Source: Candidatus Saccharimonadota bacterium
GTDB lineage: Archaea > Micrarchaeota > Micrarchaeia > Micrarchaeales > Micrarchaeaceae
Assembly: GCA_963705375.1 (NCBI GenBank)
Contig: OY970071.1
Span: 660,001-692,000, forward strand
DNA length: 32,000 nucleotides
Direction of reading: 5' to 3'
The notes below the pieces were generated by a model that ran no database searches, was not told where the DNA came from, and saw only the letters and a list, made by a program, of their open reading frames with translations. A program made the position numbers and the translations under genes. Shown in pieces: positions 1 to 9,149 of the stretch (its first letter is position 1; each line of letters begins with the position of its first letter).

Positions 1-1
1 T

Positions 2-949
2 TCTCTTGAATCTCCAACGGTACCCGTTTTGGTCGTCGCGGTTGCAATCCTGGTCTCATACTACTTTGGGACACAGTTCGCTGCTGCAAATGGCATAAGC
101 GCAGTCTTGGGAGGCATATACGGCACTGCTGTCGCCACAATGGGCATGCTATCAATAGCAGGAATGATCCTTGGTCTGGATGGATTCGGGCCGATAGTGG
201 ATAACGCAGGCGGAATAGCTGAGATGTCCAACGCCCCTAAGAAGGTAAGAAAAACGACAGACGCGTTCGATGCAACAGGAAACACAACAAAGGCGCTGAC
301 AAAAGGTTATGCGGTAGGCTCTGCCGGATTGGCTGCAATGCTGCTGTTCCAAGCGTATCTGCAAGTCACACACATAACAATAGTGGACATAGTATCGCCA
401 CCGATACTGGTAGGCCTATTCATCGGAGCGATGCTCCCCTTCGTATTCGCATCATTCGCGATACGCGCAGTGGGAAATGCTGCGTTCAAGATGGTCGAAG
501 AAGTAAGAAGGCAGTTCAGGGAGATAAAAGGCCTGATGGAAGGAAAAGCAAAGCCAGACTACTCAAGAGCAGTCGACATTTCTACAGCGGCTGCACAGAG
601 GGAGATGATAATCCCTGGCTTGCTGCCGGTCGTAGTCCCGATAGCCTTGGGCTTTACATTGGGTGCTGAATCTGTAGGCGCATTCTTGATCGGAGCAACC
701 ATAACCGGCTTTATCCTGGCAACGCAGATGAACACTGGTGGTGCTGCTTGGGACAATGCCAAGAAGTACATAGAGGAGGGCCATATGGGTGGCAAGGGCT
801 CCGAGGCCCACAAGGCAGCAGTTACAGGTGACACATTTGGAGACCCGCTGAAAGACACAGCAGGACCTTCCCTACACGTCTTGATCAAGCTGATCAACAC
901 GGTCTGCCTGGTGTTCGGACCTCTGTTCGTCATGCACGCGCTGCTCTGA
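2..949 (+). CDS. hppA: Membrane-bound H+/Na+-translocating pyrophosphatase, C-terminal ~315 aa (5' end is outside the window)
   Basis: The frame of the listed 29..949 ORF stays open back to the window edge. The protein is polytopic and hydrophobic, with V-PPase signatures DNAGGIAEMS, GAAWDNAKKYIE and GDTFGDPLKDTAGPSLHVLIKL. Confidence 0.9.
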   Translation, partial: SLESPTVPVLVVAVAILVSYYFGTQFAAANGISAVLGGIYGTAVATMGMLSIAGMILGLDGFGPIVDNAGGIAEMSNAPKKVRKTTDAFDATGNTTKALTKGYAVGSAGLAAMLLFQAYLQVTHITIVDIVSPPILVGLFIGAMLPFVFASFAIRAVGNAAFKMVEEVRRQFREIKGLMEGKAKPDYSRAVDISTAAAQREMIIPGLLPVVVPIALGFTLGAESVGAFLIGATITGFILATQMNTGGAAWDNAKKYIEEGHMGGKGSEAHKAAVTGDTFGDPLKDTAGPSLHVLIKLINTVCLVFGPLFVMHALL

Positions 950-960
950 TAAGGCACGGG

Positions 961-997
961 AGGCACAGCACATTGCCTGGGCTTCCTTTTCTTTTTT
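961..997 (+). terminator. Candidate hppA terminator: short hairpin followed by an oligo-T tract
   Basis: AGGCA (961-965) pairs with TGCCT (974-978). A TTTTCTTTTTT run follows at 987-997, 12-50 nt after the hppA stop (947-949). Archaeal termination typically uses oligo-T. Confidence 0.35.
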
Positions 998-1003
998 ATT
1001 TTA
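992..1003 (+). promoter_or_regulatory. TATA-like box upstream of cgi121 (leaderless geometry)
   Basis: TTTTTTATTTTA ends 19 nt before ATG 1023. Several other genes in this window show the same 19-23 nt spacing. Confidence 0.35.
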
Positions 1004-1022
1004 GGCATTTAGAGTGTTAGGC

Positions 1023-1529
1023 ATGTATTCTACGAGATCTGAACACATCATGGAAAGAGTTTCTGAATCCGTGATAAAAGCGGCGTTGCCGAAAGTTGAT
1101 ATCGGAAAGCTTCTGGACCGTGCAGCGGAAATCAGCGACGAAGCGCAGGTAGTCCAGTTTTTCAACAGGGAGGCAGTGGCAAGCAGGGAACACGTTCTTG
1201 GCGCATATCTCAATGCGCTGATCGCGTTCAGGAACCATACAAACAGGGCGCGAAGCATAGGTATTGAGATGCTCCTCTTTGTTTCGCTCACAGACCAGAT
1301 AAATGATGCGCTGAAAATAGCAGGGGCAAAACCGGAATCTGAAATGATAGTATTTGCAAGCAGCACAGACATGTTTTCGAAAATAGCTCCGATGCTGAAA
1401 GGCATTTCTGATTTCAATCAGAACAGAACACATCAGAGTGCAGTGTTAGAAAAGCTTGGAATCAAGAACACAGGCGATGCGTACAGCAGCATAATGCAGG
1501 CTATGGCGATGTCACGGCTAGGCCCTTGA
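1023..1529 (+). CDS. cgi121: KEOPS complex subunit Cgi121-like protein
   Basis: About 160 aa. The central block REHVLGAYLNALIAFRNHTNRARSIGIEMLLFVSLTDQINDALKIAG resembles the Cgi121 core (H..A...A.....N.a.s...E.ll..sg..QI..Ai...G). The start was chosen at ATG 1023 from TATA spacing; ATG 1050 and the track's GTG 1014 are alternatives. Confidence 0.6.
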   Translation: MYSTRSEHIMERVSESVIKAALPKVDIGKLLDRAAEISDEAQVVQFFNREAVASREHVLGAYLNALIAFRNHTNRARSIGIEMLLFVSLTDQINDALKIAGAKPESEMIVFASSTDMFSKIAPMLKGISDFNQNRTHQSAVLEKLGIKNTGDAYSSIMQAMAMSRLGP

Positions 1530-2165
1530 GCCATAGCCGAGGTTCATTGCAGAGTGTATCGACTCTGCCTTCTTTTGTCCTATGTTATCGACTTTCATGA
1601 GTTCTTCCTTGCTCGCGTTGAACACGGCCTTGATGCTTCCGAAATGCTCCAGGAGCAACTTTGCAGTCTTTGGACCCACGCCAGGAAGATTGCCTATTAT
1701 TCGCTGCTGTAGCTGTTCGGGCGTGTGTGCGCGAACGCCGCCCTTAGCCGAGGGCTCCCTTGAGGCCCCGCTCTGCTCCCTCTTTGCGATGCTGGTCAGC
1801 ACCTCCGCAGTCTCCTTTGCACTGCGCAGAGATATCGAAACGATGCCGTGGTCGACATACAGGGCGGCAAGAGCGCCGCTCATGACAGTGCTGCCCAATC
1901 CGAACTCTGAGCTGTCTCCCTCTATTATGAGCATTGGGAATTCGTAGCTCTCCCGCAAGCGCTTGATCTGGTCGAAGAGCCTACCATTGATTATAGAGCT
2001 TTCAAAATCGCTGATGGTCTTGCGCTCAACGCACACCCTATCCGAGAGCACAAAATCACCTACGTTCAGCATCTGGACGTCGACATCCAAACCCTTGGAC
2101 TTGAGCGTGTCCAACAGCTCTGTATTCCGTTCTCTTGTATCTACTATCACTCTTGGAGCTTTCAT
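1518..2165 (-). CDS. xpf: Short-form XPF/ERCC4 structure-specific endonuclease (nuclease plus HhH2, no helicase domain)
   Basis: Carries the ERCC4 signature GDFVLSDRVCVERKTISDFESS (GDx..ERKx3D) and a C-terminal tandem helix-hairpin-helix, LPGVGPKTAKLLLEHFGSIKAVF...VDNIGQKKAESI. Its start overlaps the upstream gene's stop as ATGA. Confidence 0.85.
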   Translation of the reverse strand: MKAPRVIVDTRERNTELLDTLKSKGLDVDVQMLNVGDFVLSDRVCVERKTISDFESSIINGRLFDQIKRLRESYEFPMLIIEGDSSEFGLGSTVMSGALAALYVDHGIVSISLRSAKETAEVLTSIAKREQSGASREPSAKGGVRAHTPEQLQQRIIGNLPGVGPKTAKLLLEHFGSIKAVFNASKEELMKVDNIGQKKAESIHSAMNLGYGSRA

Positions 2166-4417
2166 TTTATTCCCCTTGAAAACGTTATGTTCATTATAGC
2201 GACTGTGCCCTGCTTGGTAGGCATGAAGAACAGCGAGTTGCCCACACTCCCTGCTTCAAGCGTGACAGGCACTTCGTAGCTTTGCATGCGGCTAGTCAGG
2301 TTGAGTAGCGCAATCGTCTTGGTTGTACGGCCGAATTGCTCAGACACATACATAATCTGAGGCGAAGACGCTATGGCCCTTATCGTTATCGTAGTGTTTA
2401 CAGGATAATACTTTTGTGATTCGGTCGCGTTATGTATAACAGATGCGTTTGCATATGGCGCGTACACAACGACCGCACCGGACTGATATGGCACCCACAT
2501 CTGCCGGTACGTGCCATTGAACGGTACAAGCATTGTGCTCCACTGCGAAAGTATCGGATAGGACACGAAGCTTCGGAACATTGAATTGTTTGTGGCCTTT
2601 GCCGTGCTGAATGCAAGCGTATAGTTGTCCGAGTATACGGGATTTCCGAAGACATTGAAGAGATAGTTTGCCATCTTGCTAAAGTCTGTTTTATTATACG
2701 CGTTCTTATCCAATACCACGAACTCCGTATTGTAATTGAGCAGTGTGAGGAGTGTTTGGTTTATTGAGTTCTCGACAACAAGGTTCTCATAGCTAAGGTT
2801 GCCATATTTCATGAGATTCTGATCCTGCTGCACGAGAGGTATGTAATATAAAGACATAATATCCGTATCGTTCGTTCTTGATGCGTAACCTCCAACCAAC
2901 GGTTTGTGCGATACGCTGGCGTAGTACGTGGCTTCGCTAACAGAAAGCGTCGAATTGTAAGAGGCGCCTGATGCAGGCAGCTGCAGTATCGAGAAGTTGC
3001 CGGGCACTGTGGCTAGCACCTCGTACAGATGAGGTACGCTTATGCTTGTAGCAACCTGTGCCGCGACGATCGAGTTTAGAGGAAGACCGTTGCTCTCGAG
3101 TACAAAAAGGAAAGAAATTATGCCAACCAAGAGCAGCTTGTTGTGCCAGAGCCTTTTTTTGTCAGTATGCGCCTTCTCCAGCAGCATCGCCAACCCGAGA
3201 GAAGCGAGTATCGCAAGGAACACTGTGGTGAGGAGATTGAACCTTCCAGGTTCACCGATAAGGTTTATGAACGGTACAATACGATAGAGGGAATACAGGT
3301 CTGGAATTTTGTAAACTGCGCCGCCTAGTTCAAAATATGGCCCTAAAGAAAGCAGGAATGAGACCACGGCTCCGGCAACCCACGGCGCCGCCTGGCGTTT
3401 CTGCTTGTAAACAAAATAAGCAGAGAGAAGCAAAGCAGTGAACGTAAGGTATGCAGTTCGTTCGGCTGGAATTCCGGCATATATAGTCAGGTAAGTGCTT
3501 TTTGTTAAAAAGCCGAATATTCCGTTGTAATAGCTAGGAACCACAAAGGACAAAAGATCCGAGCTGCGCAGCACACTGTATTGGGTGCTGTTCGTTGGAT
3601 TTGGCAGAGAAACGGTTCCGCGGACCAGTGCGGCAGCCAAAGGGACAAACAGCCAAGAGCCCATTATAAAAGACGCTGCGATGAAGAGCGTAATGTTTGA
3701 AGCGAAGTGCAAACTGAGTACGTGTTTCCTGTTCTTGCTGAATGCCACATAAGCGGCGACAGCAGCCACAAGCAGGAGTGCGAGCATCAGAGTCTGGTCG
3801 TCACCGCCAATCAGCGCAGAGAGCGCGAATGATGCGGCCATACCGATGACATTAGTGCGCGTTCCTTCGCGCACGGTCTTTATAATGAAATACAGGAACA
3901 GAGGCACGAACATTATGTTCAGGAAGCTTATGTGTGCATAGGCCTGCGCTATGTGGAAGCTGCTGAAGGTGAACACAAGGCCCGCAAAGAATGCCGCATA
4001 TGAGTTCTTAGTCACATACTTTGCTAACGGCAGCATCCCAAGACCGGAGAGCACGAAGCTAAGGAAGAATATGCTGTTGTATGCGAAGACAACTCCGAAT
4101 GCCTGGAACGGTGCAGAGATTAGCGCAAGAAGCGGGCTCAGCACCTGATATATGAGGTTCACGCCGATGGGCCAGAAGAGAAGGCCTGTATGATATATGC
4201 TGGTGTGCAAGTTGAATATGGCATAGTTCACCCACCATATGCCCCAGAGATTTTGGTACGAAGTAGCTCCAGAACCAGGAGTCATGGTTTTAATGTTCAG
4301 CGTCAACGGATAGAAAATGACGAGCGCTATGAGCAGATATGCTACTGCCGAGCACGCGTAGTACTTCCAATTAAAATTACATAGGACGGTACTTAAATGA
4401 TGTATTGCTTTGTCCAT
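2162..4417 (-). CDS. Large polytopic membrane protein with a sequon-rich extracytoplasmic C-terminal domain (GT-C/YfhO/AglS-like architecture, function unassigned), paralog A
   Basis: 751 aa. The N-terminal ~450 aa are a series of hydrophobic helices. The C-terminal ~290 aa are non-hydrophobic and hold at least 14 N-x-S/T sequons. It aligns clearly by eye with ORF 20161..22443 (FYPLTLNIKTMTPGSG..WGIWWVNY versus FWPMTLHITTAVPGTG..WELWWVPY, and PSYYNGIF versus PSTYNGLL). Confidence 0.8.
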   Translation of the reverse strand: MDKAIHHLSTVLCNFNWKYYACSAVAYLLIALVIFYPLTLNIKTMTPGSGATSYQNLWGIWWVNYAIFNLHTSIYHTGLLFWPIGVNLIYQVLSPLLALISAPFQAFGVVFAYNSIFFLSFVLSGLGMLPLAKYVTKNSYAAFFAGLVFTFSSFHIAQAYAHISFLNIMFVPLFLYFIIKTVREGTRTNVIGMAASFALSALIGGDDQTLMLALLLVAAVAAYVAFSKNRKHVLSLHFASNITLFIAASFIMGSWLFVPLAAALVRGTVSLPNPTNSTQYSVLRSSDLLSFVVPSYYNGIFGFLTKSTYLTIYAGIPAERTAYLTFTALLLSAYFVYKQKRQAAPWVAGAVVSFLLSLGPYFELGGAVYKIPDLYSLYRIVPFINLIGEPGRFNLLTTVFLAILASLGLAMLLEKAHTDKKRLWHNKLLLVGIISFLFVLESNGLPLNSIVAAQVATSISVPHLYEVLATVPGNFSILQLPASGASYNSTLSVSEATYYASVSHKPLVGGYASRTNDTDIMSLYYIPLVQQDQNLMKYGNLSYENLVVENSINQTLLTLLNYNTEFVVLDKNAYNKTDFSKMANYLFNVFGNPVYSDNYTLAFSTAKATNNSMFRSFVSYPILSQWSTMLVPFNGTYRQMWVPYQSGAVVVYAPYANASVIHNATESQKYYPVNTTITIRAIASSPQIMYVSEQFGRTTKTIALLNLTSRMQSYEVPVTLEAGSVGNSLFFMPTKQGTVAIMNITFSRGIK

Positions 4418-4439
4418 GATCTCGCGGTTTGTTCGTATC

Positions 4440-4447
4440 TCATTAAG
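4440..4447 (-). promoter_or_regulatory. Weak TATA-like box for the 2162..4417 gene
   Basis: CTTAATGA on the minus strand ends 22 nt before ATG 4417, matching the spacing at other promoters in this window. The match to a TATA consensus is weak. Confidence 0.25.
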
Positions 4448-4602
4448 CCGGAAGCCGCGCGCTATTTAACACACGTTAAGCAGGACGCATCCGACACAGA
4501 ATTTCAATGGAGAGGTTGTGCAATAAAGTTATATATAATGTATCGGTGGCGACAACACAAAAGCTATTTATAAGATGGCTGTCACAATCAAGTGACTGTG
4601 CT

Positions 4603-5379
4603 ATGGCCATGGACAAGAGAATTCTAGGATATGCATTGCTCGCATGCCTGTTGGTCGTGGCGGCGCTACCTGTATCACACGCAACGTACACGGTGTCGCA
4701 CCTTAATGTCACGCTGACTCTGGATAAGAACACGAGCGCGCAAGTGACAGAATTGCTTACAGTGGAGTTGAGCAACAGCTCTGTGAGCCAGTACCTGACC
4801 AACAGAGTGGCGCTCAACCTGACTCTTAGTGACTGGCAGGCGTTGATAGGGCCCTTGCTAGTGCAGCACATAATAAACCCGAGCACGAGCGTGCACAACT
4901 TCAAGCTGCTTCCTGGTTCGGTGATGAATAACAACGGGATCAACACAGCATACATAATCATGAGCTACATCGTAGGCAACGTGACCAGCGTCAACCAGAC
5001 AGCTCCAAGGACGTTTGTGTACGAATTCAACCCTCATGTGTTCAATTTTGAGCATGGAGCGAGCGGGCAGGTGCTCAATCCGAACACAACACTGACGATA
5101 ATCATGCCGAAAGGCGCAACGATAGACAGCGTCTATCCGCTGCCAGACTACCCACCATCTGCATTCACTAGCGGTTACAAGAACACAACAGCAATATCGT
5201 GGTTGTACAGCGAGCCCCTTTCCAAGTTCAACATCACGTTTGTGATCACTGAAAGCATACAGGCAGAGGTTGCAAGCTTCTTCGTAGGCATATACGACAC
5301 ACTAGGCGCATTCATCTACGTGATAGTGGCCATCGTGGTGCTCATGGTCTTCCTGTACAGTTATCTTCGTGTCAGGTAG
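4603..5379 (+). CDS. Secreted, C-terminally membrane-anchored putative glycoprotein (unknown function)
   Basis: From Met 4603 the N-terminus reads as a signal peptide (MAMDKRILGYALLACLLVVAALPVSHA). There are 9 N-x-S/T sequons in about 230 residues and a single C-terminal TM helix (FIYVIVAIVVLMVFLYSYL) followed by RVR. The track ORF begins earlier at 4507, but that extension is not signal-like. Confidence 0.65.
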   Translation: MAMDKRILGYALLACLLVVAALPVSHATYTVSHLNVTLTLDKNTSAQVTELLTVELSNSSVSQYLTNRVALNLTLSDWQALIGPLLVQHIINPSTSVHNFKLLPGSVMNNNGINTAYIIMSYIVGNVTSVNQTAPRTFVYEFNPHVFNFEHGASGQVLNPNTTLTIIMPKGATIDSVYPLPDYPPSAFTSGYKNTTAISWLYSEPLSKFNITFVITESIQAEVASFFVGIYDTLGAFIYVIVAIVVLMVFLYSYLRVR

Positions 5380-5391
5380 TTTGGTGATTCT

Positions 5392-6852
5392 TTGCATGAA
5401 TATGAAGTAGAGATTTTGAAAACCCTCAAAGAGCAGAAGAGAGCAGATATAGCATACTTGGAAGACCATCTCAAGCTCGGCAGGGATTCGGTCGTATGGG
5501 CTCTGGAGAACCTTGCCAAAAGCAACGCAGTCAACATCGCAAGAAAGAGTGCCCATGGAATCGAGATAAGTGAAGAAGGAAAACGCTACCTCAAAGAGTT
5601 TCCTGAAGAGTCTTTGATGAAAGCGCTTGAAAAAAGTAGCATGCCCCTTGAAAAGATCGATGACAAGATAGGACTCATATGGGCAAAGAAGAATGGCTGG
5701 ATAGACATAAAGGGCAAGGATGCCCTGCTTTCAAAAGAGGGCGAGCTGATCCTATCCGGAAAGAAGGAGTATGCGGCAAGGAAGCTGCTCAACGATCTCA
5801 ACAGCATGCACGGAGATGCTTTGGAGCGTCTGCTCCTGTCAAATAAAGAGGGGGCACAGTTGCTCTCGAACAGAAACCTGATAAAACTTAAAGAGAGAAG
5901 CGAGATAATCGATGTCTCGATCGCCAAAGACGGATACTCGCTGCTTGAGCAGGAAACAGGAAAGGGCATAGGGCAGCTCACTCGCGAGATCATAAAGAGC
6001 AGGAAATGGCAGACAGATGGACTGCGCAGCTACGACATAAATGCGCCGACCGAGCTGGAATATGCGGCACGGCTACACCCTTTGCACGAGCTCATCGACA
6101 AGATACGAAACATCTGGATCAGCATGGGATTCATGGAAGTGACAGGACCAGTGATAGAATCTGCGTTCTGGTGCTTTGATGCACTGTTCGAGCCGCAGGA
6201 CCACCCTGCAAGGGAGATGCAGGACACGTACTTCCTGTCGAACCCAAAGACGATAGACATAGACGATATTGAACTGCTTGAAAGAGTGAAGGAAGCCCAT
6301 GAGAAAGGATGGCAGGAAGTATGGAGGGACACGATATCGCAACAGGCCTTGCTAAGGACGCAGGTAACTGCAACCACGATACGCCATCTTAGAAAGTTTG
6401 CGCTTGAGAGCAGCGGATATGAACCGATAAAAATATTTTCCGTAGGTAAGGTCTTCAGGAACGAGAGCATAGATTACAAGCACCTTGCAGAGCTGCACCA
6501 GTCAGACGGCATGGTCATAGGCGACGGGCTCACGCTTGCGCACCTAAAAGGCATACTGAAGGACTACTACGGCGCGTTGGGTATGGAGATAAAGGTAAAG
6601 CCGTGCTATTTCCCCTTCGTGGAACCTGGGCTCGAAGTGAGTTACTATGACGAACGCCTTGGAAAGACAATAGAATTGGGCGGGTCAGGCATTATAAGGA
6701 AGGAGATAACAAAAGCGATGGGCACTGATAAGACCGTACTCGCCTGGGGCTTGGGCGTTGAAAGGATAGGAATGCGGCTTATGAATCTTGATGTTATAAG
6801 TGAGCTCTACAACAACAAAGTTGGTTCGCTCAGGAACAGAAAGGAGTTGTGA
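5392..6852 (+). CDS. pheS: Phenylalanyl-tRNA synthetase alpha subunit
   Basis: Class II aaRS motifs are present: FRNESIDYKHLAELHQSDG (motif 2) and GLGVERIGM (motif 3). The length and N-terminal helical domain fit archaeal PheS. The TTG start at 5392 is the only in-frame start after stop 5377-5379, and GGTGA lies 4 nt upstream. Confidence 0.9.
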   Translation: MHEYEVEILKTLKEQKRADIAYLEDHLKLGRDSVVWALENLAKSNAVNIARKSAHGIEISEEGKRYLKEFPEESLMKALEKSSMPLEKIDDKIGLIWAKKNGWIDIKGKDALLSKEGELILSGKKEYAARKLLNDLNSMHGDALERLLLSNKEGAQLLSNRNLIKLKERSEIIDVSIAKDGYSLLEQETGKGIGQLTREIIKSRKWQTDGLRSYDINAPTELEYAARLHPLHELIDKIRNIWISMGFMEVTGPVIESAFWCFDALFEPQDHPAREMQDTYFLSNPKTIDIDDIELLERVKEAHEKGWQEVWRDTISQQALLRTQVTATTIRHLRKFALESSGYEPIKIFSVGKVFRNESIDYKHLAELHQSDGMVIGDGLTLAHLKGILKDYYGALGMEIKVKPCYFPFVEPGLEVSYYDERLGKTIELGGSGIIRKEITKAMGTDKTVLAWGLGVERIGMRLMNLDVISELYNNKVGSLRNRKEL

Positions 6853-6856
6853 TAAC

Positions 6857-8494
6857 TTGGCCTCAATAATATACAAGTATGCTGATTTTAAGAGACTGAA
6901 CATAGACGCAGAGCTGTTGCTAAAGGAGCTTCCCCGTCTTGGCGTTGATGTTGACGATTCTAATGAAGATGAGATAACTCTCGACATAAGCCCGAACAGA
7001 CCGGACTTATTGGATTTCACCGGATTCGCGCGTGCCGTATTGAACTTCGTAGGCAGGAGGGAACCGAAAGAGAACACATACAAGATAGACTTGGAGCCGC
7101 TTGTTGATATAAAAGCTACACCTGCCGTGAAAGATGTGCGGCCATTCATAGCTGGAATCGTAGCGAAGAATGTGGACCTTACAGGCAACAATCTGCTCTA
7201 TTTCATAAACTTCACCGAGAAGCTGTGCGACACGTATGGCAGAAGGCGCAAGAAGTTCGCAATCGGCCTGCACAACTTCGATGTCATAAGCTCCCCGCTT
7301 GTGTACGATGCGGCACATGAGAAGGAGTTTGTTCCTCTGGGGATGAACAAGAAGATGCGTTTCGAAGAGATAATTGCAAAGCACGCGAAAGGCATTGAGT
7401 ACTCATACACGCTAAAGGACTCGGAGGAAGGGAAGTACCCGTATTTGGCAGACGCAAAGAACAACATCATGGGCATGATACCGATCATAAATTCGGAATT
7501 CACAAGGGTGACCGAGCAGACAAATAACTTGTTCGTTGACATTACTGGAACTTCAAAGCACGGTGTAGACCAGGCATGTCGGTTGCTTGCGTGCTCGTTC
7601 GTCGACATGGGCGCTAAGGTGCATCCGTGCACTGTCAGTTATGCAGCAAAAAAAGAAACGACGCCGACATTGGAATACAGGGACATCAGGGTGAAAATCT
7701 CAACGATACAGCGAACATTGGGAGTACCGATAGATCCTGATAAGGTAATAGCGCTTGCTAACAAGTTGGGCCATGTCGCAGCAAAGTATGGTAATTCGCT
7801 TCTTGTGCGTGTCGCACCCTATAGGGTCGATGTACTGAACGAGCAGGACATCATAGAGGACATTGCGATAGCTTACGGCTATGACAGGATAGACCCTCTA
7901 CCTGTGCTCGGTGCCTTCCAGGGGATTCCTGACGAGGCGATAGAGTATGCAAACCGGATAGCAAGGACCATGGTGGGCCTAGGATTCATGGAAGCGATGA
8001 ACACATACCTTACGAATGAGAAGGTGAATTTCGACGGCATGACGCACAAGTACGATGCGGAAGGCACAGTGAAAGTGTCATATTCCAAGACCGAGAACAT
8101 GACGATGCTGAGGACCAACATACTGCACGAGCTGCTGCAGAACCTGAGCGAGTCCAGAAGTGAGCGCATGCCAATGCGTCTGTTCGAGATAGGAAGTGTG
8201 TTCTCGGTCAAGGGTGGAAAGGCCGTGGAGGGCAGAAATATTGCATTCGTCAGCGAGCATTCAAAGGCGAACTTCTCCGAGATAAAGTCATTCACAGAGT
8301 CTGCGCTGAGGTACATGCGCATTGATAACTACACTATTGAGGATGCGCACGACAGCGCGTTCATAGAAGGCAGGTGCGCTGCCATAAAGGTGAAGGGCAG
8401 AAGCGTCGGACATTTCGGAGAGCTTCATCCGAAAGTGCTTGAGAACTTCGGCCTTGAGGAGCCGACCGTTGCGGCAGAACTGGAGCTGTTGTGA
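6857..8494 (+). CDS. pheT: Phenylalanyl-tRNA synthetase beta subunit
   Basis: Lies immediately downstream of pheS and has the size and B3/4 plus B5 plus catalytic-like layout of archaeal PheT (NRPDLL motif, C-terminal GELHPKVLENFGL). TTG 6857 was chosen because AAGGAG lies 10 nt upstream and it follows the pheS stop. The track start at 6800 would overlap pheS by 53 nt. Confidence 0.85.
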   Translation: MASIIYKYADFKRLNIDAELLLKELPRLGVDVDDSNEDEITLDISPNRPDLLDFTGFARAVLNFVGRREPKENTYKIDLEPLVDIKATPAVKDVRPFIAGIVAKNVDLTGNNLLYFINFTEKLCDTYGRRRKKFAIGLHNFDVISSPLVYDAAHEKEFVPLGMNKKMRFEEIIAKHAKGIEYSYTLKDSEEGKYPYLADAKNNIMGMIPIINSEFTRVTEQTNNLFVDITGTSKHGVDQACRLLACSFVDMGAKVHPCTVSYAAKKETTPTLEYRDIRVKISTIQRTLGVPIDPDKVIALANKLGHVAAKYGNSLLVRVAPYRVDVLNEQDIIEDIAIAYGYDRIDPLPVLGAFQGIPDEAIEYANRIARTMVGLGFMEAMNTYLTNEKVNFDGMTHKYDAEGTVKVSYSKTENMTMLRTNILHELLQNLSESRSERMPMRLFEIGSVFSVKGGKAVEGRNIAFVSEHSKANFSEIKSFTESALRYMRIDNYTIEDAHDSAFIEGRCAAIKVKGRSVGHFGELHPKVLENFGLEEPTVAAELELL

Positions 8495-8516
8495 CATGCG
8501 GGTGCGTGCTAAGGAG

Positions 8517-9149
8517 TTACGCCTTGTCTATTCCGAATATATCTGAAAGCATGCTGCGCTTCTTTTTGCTTTGCGCTTCTGAGGTCATTTTTTCCTTCTG
8601 GTATTCGTCCTGCCATACCTTAAACTTCGCAGATTTGGATTTGCGTGAAGCTGCGCTCTTTTCAATGAATGATTTTTCCATTTTCTTCCACTCATCCAAA
8701 GTATAGCCGTACGGAGCACTCTTCCTTATAGGTTGAGGGAAGAACGCGCAGGAGTAGAACTGTCCATAATAGTCAAAGTCTTCATTCTTGATGCTGCCAT
8801 GATGCGTGCCTACGCCCTCCTTTTCTAGGAATTCGATAAGCCATTCTATATCCATCTTTGCACCGTTGTTGTCTGCATCGGCAGGATTGTAAATAACAGT
8901 TATCTTGAGTTCGTTGAAGTCGACTATCGCTTTAATTACTGTGTCGAGACACATCAACCGGTACTGTAGCCTTGCAGAATGCTGGACGTCGATAAGATCC
9001 TCTTTTCTGAGGTTCGAGAATACCGCCTTCTTTATAAGATGATATGGGATTTCGTACTTCTTGCCCTCTTCGAATACGAACAAGCTTGCGCCTTTCTTCA
9101 TGAATTTTTGCTCGTTTGCAGGTAATGTATCGCGATCCATCTTGGTCAC
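8517..9149 (-). CDS. Uncharacterised ~207-210 aa protein co-transcribed downstream of the radical SAM gene
   Basis: GTG 9149 overlaps the radical SAM stop as GTGA, and ATG 9140 is 6 nt after that stop. A globular N-terminal part is followed by a Lys/Ser/Glu-rich tail ending ...KKKRSMLSDIFGIDKA. I recognise no family. Confidence 0.6.
   Translation of the reverse strand: MTKMDRDTLPANEQKFMKKGASLFVFEEGKKYEIPYHLIKKAVFSNLRKEDLIDVQHSARLQYRLMCLDTVIKAIVDFNELKITVIYNPADADNNGAKMDIEWLIEFLEKEGVGTHHGSIKNEDFDYYGQFYSCAFFPQPIRKSAPYGYTLDEWKKMEKSFIEKSAASRKSKSAKFKVWQDEYQKEKMTSEAQSKKKRSMLSDIFGIDKA

Noticed and set aside
4476-4961. 161-aa minus-strand ORF overlapping the start of the secreted protein gene
   Set aside because: It competes with a plus-strand ORF that has a clean signal peptide, sequons and a C-terminal anchor. 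The minus-strand translation is Cys/Leu/Ser-rich with no features, and it would leave no promoter space for the 2162..4417 gene.
6800-6856. Longer pheT start overlapping pheS by 53 nt
   Set aside because: The extra residues (MSSTTTKLVRSGTERSCDN) are unlike PheT N-termini. TTG 6857 follows the pheS stop and has an AAGGAG element upstream.
8760-8960. Possible heavy-metal-associated (HMA/ferredoxin-like) domain in the 210-aa protein (RLMCLDTVIKAIVDFNELKITVIYNPADA...IEWLIEFLEKEGV)
   Set aside because: The strand-helix pattern is suggestive, but only one Cys is present instead of the CxxC metal site. The resemblance is too weak to call without a profile or structure search.
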